Source: an uncultured virus (IMG/VR IMGVR_UViG_3300048006_000261) (Duplodnaviria; Heunggongvirae; Uroviricota; Caudoviricetes). From it: a DNA stretch of 64,000 nucleotides. Position 1 is the stretch's first letter. Each line of letters begins with the position of its first letter. Below are positions 27,759 through 39,447 of this stretch, piece by piece. Under the pieces are notes generated by a model. That model saw nothing but the letters and a program-made list of their open reading frames with translations. It was not told where the DNA came from and did not search any database. The stretch is from the IMG/VR virus record IMGVR_UViG_3300048006_000261, one strand, 5' to 3'. Position numbers and translations under genes: made by a program.

Positions 27759-28991
27759 ATGGCAGAAAAAGAAAAGCCGCAAGAGGTTGTAGAAGAAATT
27801 CAACCAGTTGCACAAGAACAAGCAGCAATCAAAGATAGTGAAACTATAACTGATGCTAAAATCGAAGCTCCTATAAAAGAGGGTGGAGATATGAAAATGA
27901 AAGAAAAACCTAAAAGACCAAAGCAATTAGTCAATCAAAATGAAGACAACGATGCTATTAAGGTTGATCTTTCAAAAAAAGAAGAAGTTACTCCTGTAGA
28001 AGAAACAGAGGTAAAAGATACACCTGTTGTCGAGCAAGAGGTTAAAGAAGAAGAGCAAACTTCAGTAGTTGAAGAGATTACAAATGAAGAAGTTGAAGAG
28101 CAAACAGAGGAGCTACAAGAACAAGTAGAAGAAGCTGTACAAGAAGCTCAAGACACATCTGAACCATTACCAGAAAACATACAAAAAGTCGTGGACTTTA
28201 TGAATGAAACTGGCGGTAGCTTAGAAGAGTATGTTAGATTAAATCAAGATTACTCTAAAAAAGATGATAAATCTTTACTTAAGGAATACTACAAGCAAAC
28301 AAAACCTCATTTAAATGATGATGAAATTGGTTTCTTAATGGAAGACAATTTTGAATATGATGAAGAAGTTGATGAGGATAGAGATATTAAAAGAAAAAAA
28401 TTAGCGCTAAAAGAGCAAGTTGCCAGTGCTAAAAGCCACTTAGACGGGCTAAAGTCTAAATATTACGAAGAAATTAAAGCTGGAAGCAGGTTAGCGCCTG
28501 AGCAAAAGAAAGCAATTGATTTTTTCAACCGTTACAATCAAGAAGCAGAAACTACACAAAAGGTAGTTCAGGAACAACAAACCAACTTTTTAAATAAAAC
28601 CAACGAGGTTTTTAACGATAAATTCAAAGGTTTTGAATATAATATTGGTGAAAAAAAGTTTAGGTTTAATGTAAAAGATAGTGACAAGGTTAAAAATGAC
28701 CAAAGCGATATTAACAATTTTATTAAGAAGTTTCTTGATAAAAATGAAAATATGAGTGATGCTAAAGGTTATCATAAATCTTTATTTACTGCTAATAATC
28801 CTGACGCTGTAGCGAAACACTTTTACGAACAGGGCAAAGCAGATGCTATCAAGGATAGTATAGCTAAGTCTAAAAACATCAACATGGATCCTAGGGAAGC
28901 ACAGTCAAATGTGATACCTACTTCTGGTTGGTCTGTAAAAGCTGTTCCTGGTGATACAGTTTCTGATTTTAAGATTAAGATTAGAAAATAA
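27759..28991 (+). CDS. Scaffolding-like protein
   Basis: Acidic disordered N-terminus, located between portal and capsid. Confidence 0.65.
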   Translation: MAEKEKPQEVVEEIQPVAQEQAAIKDSETITDAKIEAPIKEGGDMKMKEKPKRPKQLVNQNEDNDAIKVDLSKKEEVTPVEETEVKDTPVVEQEVKEEEQTSVVEEITNEEVEEQTEELQEQVEEAVQEAQDTSEPLPENIQKVVDFMNETGGSLEEYVRLNQDYSKKDDKSLLKEYYKQTKPHLNDDEIGFLMEDNFEYDEEVDEDRDIKRKKLALKEQVASAKSHLDGLKSKYYEEIKAGSRLAPEQKKAIDFFNRYNQEAETTQKVVQEQQTNFLNKTNEVFNDKFKGFEYNIGEKKFRFNVKDSDKVKNDQSDINNFIKKFLDKNENMSDAKGYHKSLFTANNPDAVAKHFYEQGKADAIKDSIAKSKNINMDPREAQSNVIPTSGWSVKAVPGDTVSDFKIKIRK

Positions 28992-29017
28992 CATTAACAA
29001 TTTAAAAATTAAAAATT

Positions 29018-30439
29018 ATGGCATTAGCTGGAACAGGCGCGGAGTTATCGCACTTAACGCCGAGACCGAATAAAACTTTATTTGGTTCAAATTATTTATC
29101 AATCGCTGGCAACGACTTTAATTTCACAAAACAATTCCTACCGGAAGTTTATGAAAAAGAAGTTGAAAGATACGGAAACAGAACTATTTCTGGTTTCTTA
29201 TCTATGGTCGGTGCTGAAATGCCTATGGCTTCTGACGAGGTCGTATGGTCTGAACAAGGTAGAATCCACGTAGCTTACGACGATGTCGTAGGTACTGACG
29301 TTTCTGCAAACTTACTAACATTTTCTGCTGCTCACTTACTAAACATTGGCGATACTATTATCGTTAGCAAAGGTGGTGCAACATTAAAATGTTACGTATC
29401 TGCTGTACCTGCTGCAACTACAATTACTGCGCAACCTTATACTGCTGCTGATATTTCAAGTATCGGTTCTGATGGTGTTGCTGCTGTAAAAGTATTTGTT
29501 TACGGTTCAGAATATGCAAAAGGATCAAGCAACGCTGGTAACAAAAAAGATGCAACATTTACTTCTTTCTCGAATAAGCCAATTATTCTAAGAGACAAGT
29601 ACAGTGTAAATGGATCTGACACTGCTCAAATTGGGTGGGTCGAAGTTGCTACTGAAGCTGGTACTTCTGGATACTTATGGTACTTAAAATCTGAGCACGA
29701 AGCAAGAATTAGATTTGAAGATCAATTAGAAATGGCTATGATTGAAGCTGAGAAAAAAGCAGGATCATCTGCTATCTCTGCTGCAGGTATTTCTGGATCT
29801 GAAGGTCTTTTTGCTGCTATTAGCTCAAGAGGATTAGTATACAACAACGCTGATTTTGATGACCCTATTTCTAGTGGAGTTCACGTTGGACTTGCTGAAT
29901 TTGATAGCATCTTACAAGAGCTTGACAAGCAAGGATCAATTGAAGAAAACATGATGTTCTTAGACAGAGCTACGTCTCTATCTATTGATAACATGCTTGC
30001 TGCTCAAAATTCTTACGGAACTGGTGGTACTTCTTACGGAGTATTCAACAACTCTGAGGAAATGGCGTTAAATTTAGGTTTCTCTGGTTTCAGAAGAGGT
30101 TCTTATGACTTCTACAAAACTGACTGGAAATACTTAAATGATTCAACTACTAGAGGACTTGTAGCTGATATTGAAGGTGTTATCGTTCCTGCTGGAACTT
30201 CAACAGTTTACGATCAGATTATGGGTAAAAACATCCAAAGACCATTCTTACACGTTAGATACAGAGCTTCTGAAGCTGACGACAGAAGAATGAAATCATG
30301 GATCACTGGTTCAGTTGGAGGTAACTATACAAGCGACGAAGATGCAATGAACGTACATTTCTTATCTGAGAGATGTTTATGTGTTCAAGCAGCTAACAAC
30401 TTTGTATTGTTAAAATCTACTGATGGTATCCAAGGATAA
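29018..30439 (+). CDS. Major capsid protein
   Basis: 473 aa; position, strong codon bias and a downstream terminator. Confidence 0.85.
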   Translation: MALAGTGAELSHLTPRPNKTLFGSNYLSIAGNDFNFTKQFLPEVYEKEVERYGNRTISGFLSMVGAEMPMASDEVVWSEQGRIHVAYDDVVGTDVSANLLTFSAAHLLNIGDTIIVSKGGATLKCYVSAVPAATTITAQPYTAADISSIGSDGVAAVKVFVYGSEYAKGSSNAGNKKDATFTSFSNKPIILRDKYSVNGSDTAQIGWVEVATEAGTSGYLWYLKSEHEARIRFEDQLEMAMIEAEKKAGSSAISAAGISGSEGLFAAISSRGLVYNNADFDDPISSGVHVGLAEFDSILQELDKQGSIEENMMFLDRATSLSIDNMLAAQNSYGTGGTSYGVFNNSEEMALNLGFSGFRRGSYDFYKTDWKYLNDSTTRGLVADIEGVIVPAGTSTVYDQIMGKNIQRPFLHVRYRASEADDRRMKSWITGSVGGNYTSDEDAMNVHFLSERCLCVQAANNFVLLKSTDGIQG

Positions 30440-30451
30440 TCAATAGTACTT

Positions 30452-30495
30452 AAAAGGTAAGGGTGCTTCGGCACCCAACCCTTTTATTTTTTTTA
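30452..30495 (+). terminator. Rho-independent terminator
   Basis: GGGTGC-TTCG-GCACCC followed by a long T tract. Confidence 0.85.
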
Positions 30496-30519
30496 TAAAC
30501 TTTTTAATTATATTATATT

Positions 30520-31296
30520 ATGTCACAAGTAAAACAAGCCGTTGGAGTACCAGTAGGTACACAATGGGAAATAAAAGATAGAATTTACTATCTAACAACA
30601 AAGGAACAACCATTAGTTTTTTCTTTGCCTAGTAAACATACTAGAAGAAAACCATTATTATGGTTCGATACAGAAGCGGGTTTTCAAAAAGAATTAAGAT
30701 ACGCTACTAATCAACCATCACCATTGGTAGATGAACAAAAAGGTATGGCCACTTTAGGTCGTATAGTTTTTAGAGATGGTGCTTTAACAGTACCTGCAAG
30801 AGAGCAATCTTTACAAAAAATGCTTTCAATTTATCACCCTCTTAAAAATGTTATATATCAAGAACATAACGAGGTTGAGATAGCAAGTGATGACTTAGAT
30901 TACATGGAGCTTGAAATAGAAGCTTTAACTATAGCTAAAGATTTAGATTTAGATATAGCTGAAGGTATATTAAGAGTAGAGCTTGGAAGTAAAGTCACAA
31001 AAATGACATCCAAAGAACTAAAGAGAGATTTACTTTTATTTGCTAAAAGAAATCCAGCTTTATTTATAAGCTTAGCACAAGATGAAAATGTACAGCTAAG
31101 AAACTTTGGTATCAAAGCAGCGGAAGCAAACTTGATTAAATTGTCGCCTGATAATAGACAGTTTACTTGGGCTAGCAACGGCAGAAAACTAATGACAGTG
31201 CCATTTGATGAGCACCCATATTCAGCATTAGCTGCGTGGTTTCAAACAGATGAAGGTTTAGAAGTCTTTAGTAATTTAGAAAAAAGATTAAAATAA
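30520..31296 (+). CDS. Phage protein following the capsid gene
   Basis: 258-aa ORF. Confidence 0.6.
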   Translation: MSQVKQAVGVPVGTQWEIKDRIYYLTTKEQPLVFSLPSKHTRRKPLLWFDTEAGFQKELRYATNQPSPLVDEQKGMATLGRIVFRDGALTVPAREQSLQKMLSIYHPLKNVIYQEHNEVEIASDDLDYMELEIEALTIAKDLDLDIAEGILRVELGSKVTKMTSKELKRDLLLFAKRNPALFISLAQDENVQLRNFGIKAAEANLIKLSPDNRQFTWASNGRKLMTVPFDEHPYSALAAWFQTDEGLEVFSNLEKRLK

Positions 31297-31310
31297 CAAT
31301 CACTTATAGA

Positions 31311-31337
31311 GGTAACCATCTCTGTGAGGTGGTTACT
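31311..31337 (+). other. Intergenic hairpin
   Basis: GGTAACCATCTC-TGT-GAGGTGGTTACT, no U tract. Confidence 0.55.
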
Positions 31338-31356
31338 TACTATAAAAAAAATAAAT

Positions 31357-32082
31357 ATGGCAGTTAGTGTAGATACAGTTTATCAAAGAGTTTTAGCAAT
31401 AGCTAACAAAGAACAAAGAGGTTATATAACACCTCAAGAGTTTAACTTGTTTGCTAATCAAGCTCAATTAGATATATTCGAACAATACTTTTATGACTTG
31501 GATCAATTTTTAAAAATGCCTGGTAATGATTCGGTTCATGCAGACATGGTAGATATTATTCAAGAAAAAATAGATATATTTGAAAAATACAGAGCAGCCG
31601 TAGTTATGGCAGACGGTGGTGTAGGTACTTTACCAGATCATTATCGTATGGGAGAATTATATACTAATAAATGTGGTAGTTATGTTGAGATTGAAAAAAT
31701 AAATCAAAACGAAATACATCACATATTAGCATCCCCATTAACAAACCCAACAACAACATATCCTGTTTATGTTAGAAACTCAGGATCAACAGCTATAAAT
31801 AGAAAAAGATTAATACAAATTTATCCAACAACAATAGGTGCAAGTGACACAGTTGTGTGTAACTATATAGCTAAGCCAATTAAAGTACAATGGGCTTATA
31901 CTACTGTTTTAGATGAAGCTCTTTACAATGCTACACTTGCTGTAGATTTTGAGCTACATGAGTCTGAAGAGTCTGAATTAGTTATAAAGATATTAGAACT
32001 AGCTGGTATAACGATAAAAGATCCTCAGCTTTATCCAATAGCCGCTCAAGAAGAAGCACAAAACGTCCAACAAGAAAAATAA
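31357..32082 (+). CDS. Tail tubular/ring protein
   Basis: ITPQEFNLFANQAQ; position in the head-tail module; likely start MAVSVD. Confidence 0.65.
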   Translation: MAVSVDTVYQRVLAIANKEQRGYITPQEFNLFANQAQLDIFEQYFYDLDQFLKMPGNDSVHADMVDIIQEKIDIFEKYRAAVVMADGGVGTLPDHYRMGELYTNKCGSYVEIEKINQNEIHHILASPLTNPTTTYPVYVRNSGSTAINRKRLIQIYPTTIGASDTVVCNYIAKPIKVQWAYTTVLDEALYNATLAVDFELHESEESELVIKILELAGITIKDPQLYPIAAQEEAQNVQQEK

Positions 32083-32088
32083 CAGAAC

Positions 32089-33192
32089 ATGCCTTTATTC
32101 ACAGGAACACAACAGCAATATTACAACAACGCAAATCAGTTTACGGTAGATTCTACTATAAACTCAAACAGTTATGTTACATTAACGTTTAACCCTTTAC
32201 CAACAGCTGAAGGTGATTTTGATGTATTTATTAACGGAGATCAATTAAACGAAAGTTTATATTCATATAACAGCTCTAATGGTAGAGTTACATTTGTGTC
32301 TAGTGCTAATCCTGCTGTTGGTGCGGTTGTAATAGTTAAACAAAAATCACTAGAGGAGAGTTTAGGTAATTACGAGCATATAACGTTAAAAGATATTGTT
32401 CAAAATTTCATAATAACATATGTAGGTGAAGACAAGCTGTTGCCAAAAGCAAGAAGAACAGATGTAATGTTTCACGCTCAAAGAGGTATTCAAGAGTTAA
32501 ACTACGATACATTAAGATGTGAAAAATCACAAGAAATAGAAATACCACCATCCCTTAAAATGAAGTTACCTCACGATTATGTTAATTACGTTAAGGTAAG
32601 CTGGAGAGATGGCTCTGGTATTGAAAGAATAATATATCCTGCTTATAAAACAGGTAACCCAACTGCAATACTTCAAAGCAATGATTTTGAATATGTTTTT
32701 ACAGACGGTGGTGAAATACTACAATCATTTGAATCAGAAACTTGGAAACAATTTAAATTAACAAGCTCTTCAAATACTTCAGACAACCCTAGAGATGATG
32801 ATCAATACGACGCTACTTTAGCGCAGGGTAGAAGATATGGTTTAACACCTGAGTATGCGCAAGCAAATGGTGTATATTACATAGATCACGCTAAAGGTTT
32901 TATACATTTTAGCTCTGATTTAAATGACAAAATAATAACACTAAAATACATAAGTGATGGATTAGCTGTTGATGGAGATTCAGTTGTACATAAATTTGCT
33001 GAAGATGCAATATACAAATACATGATACACGCTATGTTAGCGGCTAGAACATTAGTTCCTGAGTATTTAGTAGCAAGATTTAAAAAAGAAAAGTTTGCCG
33101 CTATAAGAAAAGCAAAAATAAGATTAAGTAATATAAAAGCTGAAGAAATTTCTCAAGTATTAAGAAATAAATCTAAGCAAATAAAACACTAA
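32089..33192 (+). CDS. Structural ring/adaptor protein
   Basis: LPHDYVNYVKV, ITLKYISDG. Confidence 0.6.
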   Translation: MPLFTGTQQQYYNNANQFTVDSTINSNSYVTLTFNPLPTAEGDFDVFINGDQLNESLYSYNSSNGRVTFVSSANPAVGAVVIVKQKSLEESLGNYEHITLKDIVQNFIITYVGEDKLLPKARRTDVMFHAQRGIQELNYDTLRCEKSQEIEIPPSLKMKLPHDYVNYVKVSWRDGSGIERIIYPAYKTGNPTAILQSNDFEYVFTDGGEILQSFESETWKQFKLTSSSNTSDNPRDDDQYDATLAQGRRYGLTPEYAQANGVYYIDHAKGFIHFSSDLNDKIITLKYISDGLAVDGDSVVHKFAEDAIYKYMIHAMLAARTLVPEYLVARFKKEKFAAIRKAKIRLSNIKAEEISQVLRNKSKQIKH

Positions 33193-33197
33193 CACAT

Positions 33198-36100
33198 ATG
33201 CCAGATATTAAACATCACTTCCGTTTAGGTAAAATGAATAAAGACCTGGACGAAAGATTAGTACCTAATGGAGAGTATAGAGACGCTCTTAACATTGAGA
33301 TTTCTACATCTGAAGGTAGCAATGTTGGTAGTGTTCAAAACATTAAAGGTACAACGCAAATATTAGGTAAAGCGTATGACTCGAATAAAAAAGTTATAAC
33401 TGATAATTGGAATACAGATAGCTTTGGTTTAACTAACGCTATTTGTGTTGGTACTAAACTAAATAACGAGCACGATAGAATATACTGGTTTATAAAAGCT
33501 GACGAAGCCGATTGCATAGCCGAGTATGATGATGCTAGCGGTGTAATATCACCGGTGTTGGTAGATACAAATAACATACTTGATTTTAAAGCAAGTACAT
33601 ATATAACAGGTATAAACGTTCTAGATGGTATGTTAATGTGGACGGATGGTGAAAAAGAACCTAAAAAAATAGATATAAGTGTTTTTAAATCTGGTTGTAG
33701 TTCTAATTTTACAACACACACTAAATACACTGGTCAAATAATAGCTTCTTCAGATCTAGCTTCTTCTTCTAGTTTTACAGAAGAACATATAACAGTAGCT
33801 AAAAAAGCGCCGATGGGTAAACCAACATTAGTAATGAGCTCTTCTACAAGAGGTGGTATTGGTACAGGCACATCTACAGTTGTTATAAGTAATGCTGTTA
33901 ATACAACTTTCACAGATACAGAAGGTGTTGCTAAAGATGCTGGGACTGTTTTAAACTTAACTTTTTCACCACTACCAAATTGGCAAGCAGGTGATATAAT
34001 AACTTGTACGTCTATATATGAAGAATTAGGACAACAAGAAAATCTTGAAATAAAACTATTAATAAATAGTATAAGTGCATCTAACGTTTTTAATTGTACA
34101 ATACAAAGTATACCAGTTGAAATACCTTATATACCATTAACATGGGAAGCTATACTAAGTGAAGAGGGTGTACTTTTTGAAAAGAAATTTGTAAGCTTTG
34201 CTTATAGATGGAAATATTACTCTGGTGAATATTCTACGTTTTCACCTTTTAGCGAATTAGCTTTCTTACCTGACACTTTTGAATATTTATCTACCAACGG
34301 TTATAACGATGGTATGATAAACAACTTAAGACAATTATCAATAAACATAACAGAATCAAGACCTATTGACGTAGAAGAGGTTGATATACTATATAAAGAG
34401 ACAAACAATAGTAATGTATATGTCGTAGACACGCTTAAGTACGCTTCTGATGGCACTTTTCCAACAGAGTATAAGTTAGAGTCAGAAATAATAAGTAAAG
34501 TTGTAGAGTCTAATCAAACACTTCGCCCTTGGGATAACGTTCCAAGAAAAGCTACCGCTCAAGAGGTTACAGCAAATAGACTTATATACGCTAACTACTT
34601 ACAAAACTACGATATACCTGATTTTAACTTACCGAATATCAGCATGAGCATTTCACAAGCTGCTATTACAACGGTTAAAGAACCTCAGTTATCAATAAAA
34701 TCACTTAGAACTTATCAAGTTGGTGTTGTTTATTTAGATAAATACAACAGACAATCACCTGTTTTTACTAGTGCAAATGCTTCTAAGCAAACAAGTAAAG
34801 ATTATGCTAAAACAGTAAATAGCATAAACGTTAGTTTAAGTAATCAACCACCAGACTGGGCTACGCATTTTAAATACTACATAAAAGAAACTTCTAATGA
34901 ATATTACAATTTAGCTATGGATAGATATTATCTAGCTGAAGATGGTAATGTTTGGTTAAGCTTTCCTTCATCTGAAAGAAACAAAGTAGATGAAGAAACT
35001 TATTTAATATTAAAGAAAAAACATGACTCTGATGATTTTGTTGCAACAAAGTCTAGATATAAAATACTAGATATATCTAACGATGCACCTGATTTTTTAA
35101 AGTTAAAAGAAAGAGCCATAGCAACTGGTGATGTAGAAGCTAGAACTTCAGGTATACCTCAAATAGGTAGTGTGTCGTTTGAGTTTAGAGGTCCAAATCC
35201 TCAAACTAATCCTAGCTTTGGTGAAGGTTTTTCATCAGACGCTGTTATACAAATTGCTAATGGTGGTGTTAAATCAGATAAATACAAGGTTGTTAGTGGT
35301 GGTCCAACTGGTGATACAGACGATACAGGATCAAATGAGTCTAAAGAACATATATATAAAGTAACTTTAGAAGAACCTATTAAAACTGGTGATACTATGG
35401 TTTCTGGTATATCCGCTGGTGATAGCTTTGAAATTATATTATTTGAAGAAAAATTTGAAAGAAAAGCTGAGTTTTACGGTAGATTTTTTGTAAAAATAAA
35501 TAGAGATAGTAATTTTGATACTAATATTATAGCTTCTTTTCCAGAAGAAGATGAGCAATTTGGTATAATAGAAACTAGAACTATTTTTGGTAACGCACAA
35601 AACACGGGTGCTGGCTCCTCTAGACAAGAGGCTTCTTGGTTTGATACAGCAGACAGAAGACGAAGTAGATGGGTTACACAAGACAACAATGGCCATCCAA
35701 AGCTTGGTCAAAAGAAAATGACGTTTTATTTTTGCGGATCACCAAAAAGTAGATCAACATCATTTGATAAATCAAACACTATAAATAACTTTTTAAAATT
35801 AATAGAACTACAAGGTACTCTTTTTAGATTTAAAGGTAGTCAATCGGATGCGTTAAGTCCAATATATGAAATAACTAAAAACGCGCAAGAAGATAGAAAG
35901 TATAAATATAGAAGAACATCTGGAAAAAGGTATCAATCAGCAAAAAGAAGACAATACAACTTAGAGTTTAAAAAGAAAGACAGTACTGATGGTTATACTG
36001 ATCCTTTTACATATCCAACTAGCGGTAATCCAACTAATTATATTAGTGAAATACAAATAATGCAAAATGTTGTTAGTGCTGATGTAGAAGTTTTAACATC

Positions 36101-39100
36101 AAGTAATCCAGCAATTTGGGAAACAGAACCTAAGGAATCAGCTGAGTTAGATATTTATTACGAAACTGGTTTGTCTAGACCAATATCACAACATGGTTCA
36201 ACACATGTTTTAGACTTTAAAAATTGTTATTCGTTTGGTAACGGCGTTGAGTCTGATAGAATAAATGATGACTTTAACGCGCCTAGAATGGGTAAAGGTG
36301 TTAAGGTTTCAGCTGTTTTAGATGAACCTTACGAAGAAGAAAGAAGAAAGAATGGTTTAATATACTCAGGTATATTTAATTCAACTAGTGGTATTAATAG
36401 GCTTAATCAATTTATACAAGGTGAAGCTATAACCAAAGATTTAAACCCACATTATGGTGGTATACAAAAGTTACACGCTAGAAATACAGACTTAATAGTA
36501 CTTTGCGAAGATAAGTGTTTAAAAGTTTTAGCTAATAAAGACGCAATATTTGAAGCAAACGGCAACCCACAATTAACAGCTACTAATAAAGTTTTAGGGC
36601 AAGCAGTACCTTTTATAGGTGAATACGGTATATCAAAAAACCCAGAGTCTTTTGCTTCATATGCTTATAGGTGTTATTTTACAGATAAATCAAGAGGCGC
36701 TGTTATTAGATTATCAAGAGATGGTTTAACGGCTATATCAGATGCTGGTATGGAAGATTTCTTTAAAGATACTTTACCAGGTTCAACATTAATACTAGGT
36801 AGTTACGATGGCAGTAAAGGTTTATACAATTTAACTTTAGATGGTCAAACGGTTTCTTTTGATGAAAAAGTAAAAGGTTTCCCTAGTTTTAAATCTTTTG
36901 TACCTGAGGGTGCTTTGTCTTTAAACAACAAGTACTATTCTTTTAAAACAGGAGAATTATTTGTACATGAAAATGATATTAGAAATAATTTCTATGGAGT
37001 ACAGTATGAATCATCTGTTACTCTTTTAATAAATGAAATGCCAGAAACTATTAAAGGTTTTAAAACATTAAACTATGGTGGATCCTTATCAAGAGTTTAT
37101 ACAAATAATTATGACAATGCTACCTCTACTAACACTAAGGGTTGGTACTGTGATCATATACACACGGACACTCAACAAGGTTTTATAAAAGAGTTCAAGA
37201 AAAAAGAAGGTAGGTTCTATAATCACATTAAAGGTGAAGCTACAACGTTAGAGAATTTAGATTCAAAAGAATTTAACGTACAAGGTATAGGTCAATTAAC
37301 AGCTATATCTGGTGATCTAGCTCTTAGTGATAAAACAGTTACAGTAAGCTTAACTGGTATAGCTAACACAACTAATCCAGGTTCTACATTTGACGTTGAG
37401 GTTGGTACTGAAATACATAGTACTAACACACATGTGTTTATAACTATAACTCCTGATACTGGTTCTACATTAACCGCTAGTGACTTAAGTGTAAGTTCTA
37501 CAGGTACTTATGTTAGCAGTGTAGTATTTGTTCAAGATGGTCTTAATGTTAAAGCAAAAGTAAGCTTTACAGATGGTGTTAACATGCCATCTAGTAACTT
37601 AGCTATTAATTTAGCTGTAACAGGTGATGGCGCTTTAAATAAGTACAAGCTAGAAAACTTAGTTATAATAGATCAAAGTGACGGTAACATAACACAAACA
37701 GTTAGTTATGCTGGTTCAGGAAATAACGAAACAGCTAATCCAAGTGGTAATCAACTAGGTTATCAAGCTAACTACACTACACAAAATACAGTTGCTACTG
37801 TAACTATAGATTTAGCTACCGGTTATAACTTTAACGAACAACCTAGTTTTAAAATAACCGTAGAGGATAACGATCCTGAAAGCTATTATGTTATAACACA
37901 TCAAGATAAGGATGTTAGTAACAATAATATAACTATTGGTGTTGGTGGTAAAGTTTTAGCTGATGTAGACAAAAGAGTGTATACTGTAGCTTATAAATTC
38001 CCTGCACAAGATACAAATAAAAACGAAATAATATTCCACAGTAAGTCTGTATTGGAAAATGCTGCTGATGTAAACAAAATAAGTGGATATGATTTAGTTG
38101 GTGGTAACACCGTGGGTAGATTTGCTCAAACAAAAGAATTAAAAATATTTGGAGCTATAGGTGCTGACTTTAGAGTTAAAAACTTTACAACATCAACAGC
38201 TAGTACATCGGGATCTAGCACAACTTTAACTTTAACAGCTGTAAACAACGACATTAAAGTAGGTATGTTGGTTACTGGTACTGGTATAAGTGGTACTGTA
38301 ACTGTGGCCGGTGTAAATGGCACGTCTATAACACTAAACACAGCACAAACAATTAGTAGTACTACTATAACATTTTCTGAATGGTGGAATGGAACAACGT
38401 TTGTTGGATCTGAGACTGATTTAGAAATACCTTCAACTGGGTTTTCTTTAGTATCAATACCTTTCTTTGAAACTACTGTTTCTAAAAGATATTATATACT
38501 TATTGAAGCTATAAGTCCAACAACTTTGCTACCTATAACACCATCAAGCACTGGAGATCCTGTTTTACAAGGAAATGTATACAGCTCTTCTAATGTTGTT
38601 CAAAACCCATTTTACATAAATCAACTTGCGAATGTAGATTTAACGCTAGGTATGGCAGCAACTGCTGATTTCACTGTAACATCTAGTAATATTACAAAAA
38701 CATATATAGCTAATTTGCACACAGACGAAGACTCTGACGTTGCTAGTTTTAGCTTAAGCTTAACAGCAACAGCTACTGGAAATATTACAAAATTAAGAGA
38801 TCCAGAAATAGAAGACTGGTCTAACTACTTATCTACAAATTCTGATGATATAGACTTGTTTTCAAATGGTTTTGAGTTAGACTATCAAACACCTATAATA
38901 GCTATAAATAACACTGCATCACCTAAAACAATAAGTATAACTAGTGACATGCGTGTTAATAAATACGGTAGTGACGACTTAACATCTAACCTAGCTATTA
39001 ATAACTTTGCCTCTATAACTGGTGGATCTGGTGGTGGTGGTTCAAGGTTATATACACCTACAGTTACTGGAGCAGGTGGTGGATTAATACTAGGAGCACA

Positions 39101-39437
39101 CAGAGCAACGTATAACGATGGTAACGGAAATAGTGGAACAGCAGCTAAAAACGTATTAATCGGAACAGCAAGTGGAACTAACTTAACTAGTGGTACTGGT
39201 GTTATGTACGGTAACTTCTATAATAACGGATACAATGATATATCGTTATCAATATCGGCTACACAAGCATCAGCGTTCCATCAAGTAAGTGGATTAACAA
39301 TAACTAAAACAAGTTTAGTAGGTGTTGCGCCGTCACAAGATTTACATTATAGTTGGACAGCTCAACTAGACGAAGTGATCGACTCTGCGTCTGATATGAC
39401 TTTCAATATAGCAGTATCACTTGCTCAAGAACCTTAA
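33198..39437 (+). CDS. Tail stabilisation (muzzle) protein with beta-rich extensions
   Basis: GKMNKDLDERLVPNGEYRDALN N-terminus and YGISKNPESFA, typical of crAss-like/P22 gp10-like proteins. Confidence 0.8.
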   Translation: MPDIKHHFRLGKMNKDLDERLVPNGEYRDALNIEISTSEGSNVGSVQNIKGTTQILGKAYDSNKKVITDNWNTDSFGLTNAICVGTKLNNEHDRIYWFIKADEADCIAEYDDASGVISPVLVDTNNILDFKASTYITGINVLDGMLMWTDGEKEPKKIDISVFKSGCSSNFTTHTKYTGQIIASSDLASSSSFTEEHITVAKKAPMGKPTLVMSSSTRGGIGTGTSTVVISNAVNTTFTDTEGVAKDAGTVLNLTFSPLPNWQAGDIITCTSIYEELGQQENLEIKLLINSISASNVFNCTIQSIPVEIPYIPLTWEAILSEEGVLFEKKFVSFAYRWKYYSGEYSTFSPFSELAFLPDTFEYLSTNGYNDGMINNLRQLSINITESRPIDVEEVDILYKETNNSNVYVVDTLKYASDGTFPTEYKLESEIISKVVESNQTLRPWDNVPRKATAQEVTANRLIYANYLQNYDIPDFNLPNISMSISQAAITTVKEPQLSIKSLRTYQVGVVYLDKYNRQSPVFTSANASKQTSKDYAKTVNSINVSLSNQPPDWATHFKYYIKETSNEYYNLAMDRYYLAEDGNVWLSFPSSERNKVDEETYLILKKKHDSDDFVATKSRYKILDISNDAPDFLKLKERAIATGDVEARTSGIPQIGSVSFEFRGPNPQTNPSFGEGFSSDAVIQIANGGVKSDKYKVVSGGPTGDTDDTGSNESKEHIYKVTLEEPIKTGDTMVSGISAGDSFEIILFEEKFERKAEFYGRFFVKINRDSNFDTNIIASFPEEDEQFGIIETRTIFGNAQNTGAGSSRQEASWFDTADRRRSRWVTQDNNGHPKLGQKKMTFYFCGSPKSRSTSFDKSNTINNFLKLIELQGTLFRFKGSQSDALSPIYEITKNAQEDRKYKYRRTSGKRYQSAKRRQYNLEFKKKDSTDGYTDPFTYPTSGNPTNYISEIQIMQNVVSADVEVLTSSNPAIWETEPKESAELDIYYETGLSRPISQHGSTHVLDFKNCYSFGNGVESDRINDDFNAPRMGKGVKVSAVLDEPYEEERRKNGLIYSGIFNSTSGINRLNQFIQGEAITKDLNPHYGGIQKLHARNTDLIVLCEDKCLKVLANKDAIFEANGNPQLTATNKVLGQAVPFIGEYGISKNPESFASYAYRCYFTDKSRGAVIRLSRDGLTAISDAGMEDFFKDTLPGSTLILGSYDGSKGLYNLTLDGQTVSFDEKVKGFPSFKSFVPEGALSLNNKYYSFKTGELFVHENDIRNNFYGVQYESSVTLLINEMPETIKGFKTLNYGGSLSRVYTNNYDNATSTNTKGWYCDHIHTDTQQGFIKEFKKKEGRFYNHIKGEATTLENLDSKEFNVQGIGQLTAISGDLALSDKTVTVSLTGIANTTNPGSTFDVEVGTEIHSTNTHVFITITPDTGSTLTASDLSVSSTGTYVSSVVFVQDGLNVKAKVSFTDGVNMPSSNLAINLAVTGDGALNKYKLENLVIIDQSDGNITQTVSYAGSGNNETANPSGNQLGYQANYTTQNTVATVTIDLATGYNFNEQPSFKITVEDNDPESYYVITHQDKDVSNNNITIGVGGKVLADVDKRVYTVAYKFPAQDTNKNEIIFHSKSVLENAADVNKISGYDLVGGNTVGRFAQTKELKIFGAIGADFRVKNFTTSTASTSGSSTTLTLTAVNNDIKVGMLVTGTGISGTVTVAGVNGTSITLNTAQTISSTTITFSEWWNGTTFVGSETDLEIPSTGFSLVSIPFFETTVSKRYYILIEAISPTTLLPITPSSTGDPVLQGNVYSSSNVVQNPFYINQLANVDLTLGMAATADFTVTSSNITKTYIANLHTDEDSDVASFSLSLTATATGNITKLRDPEIEDWSNYLSTNSDDIDLFSNGFELDYQTPIIAINNTASPKTISITSDMRVNKYGSDDLTSNLAINNFASITGGSGGGGSRLYTPTVTGAGGGLILGAHRATYNDGNGNSGTAAKNVLIGTASGTNLTSGTGVMYGNFYNNGYNDISLSISATQASAFHQVSGLTITKTSLVGVAPSQDLHYSWTAQLDEVIDSASDMTFNIAVSLAQEP

Positions 39438-39447
39438 TAGATAAAAT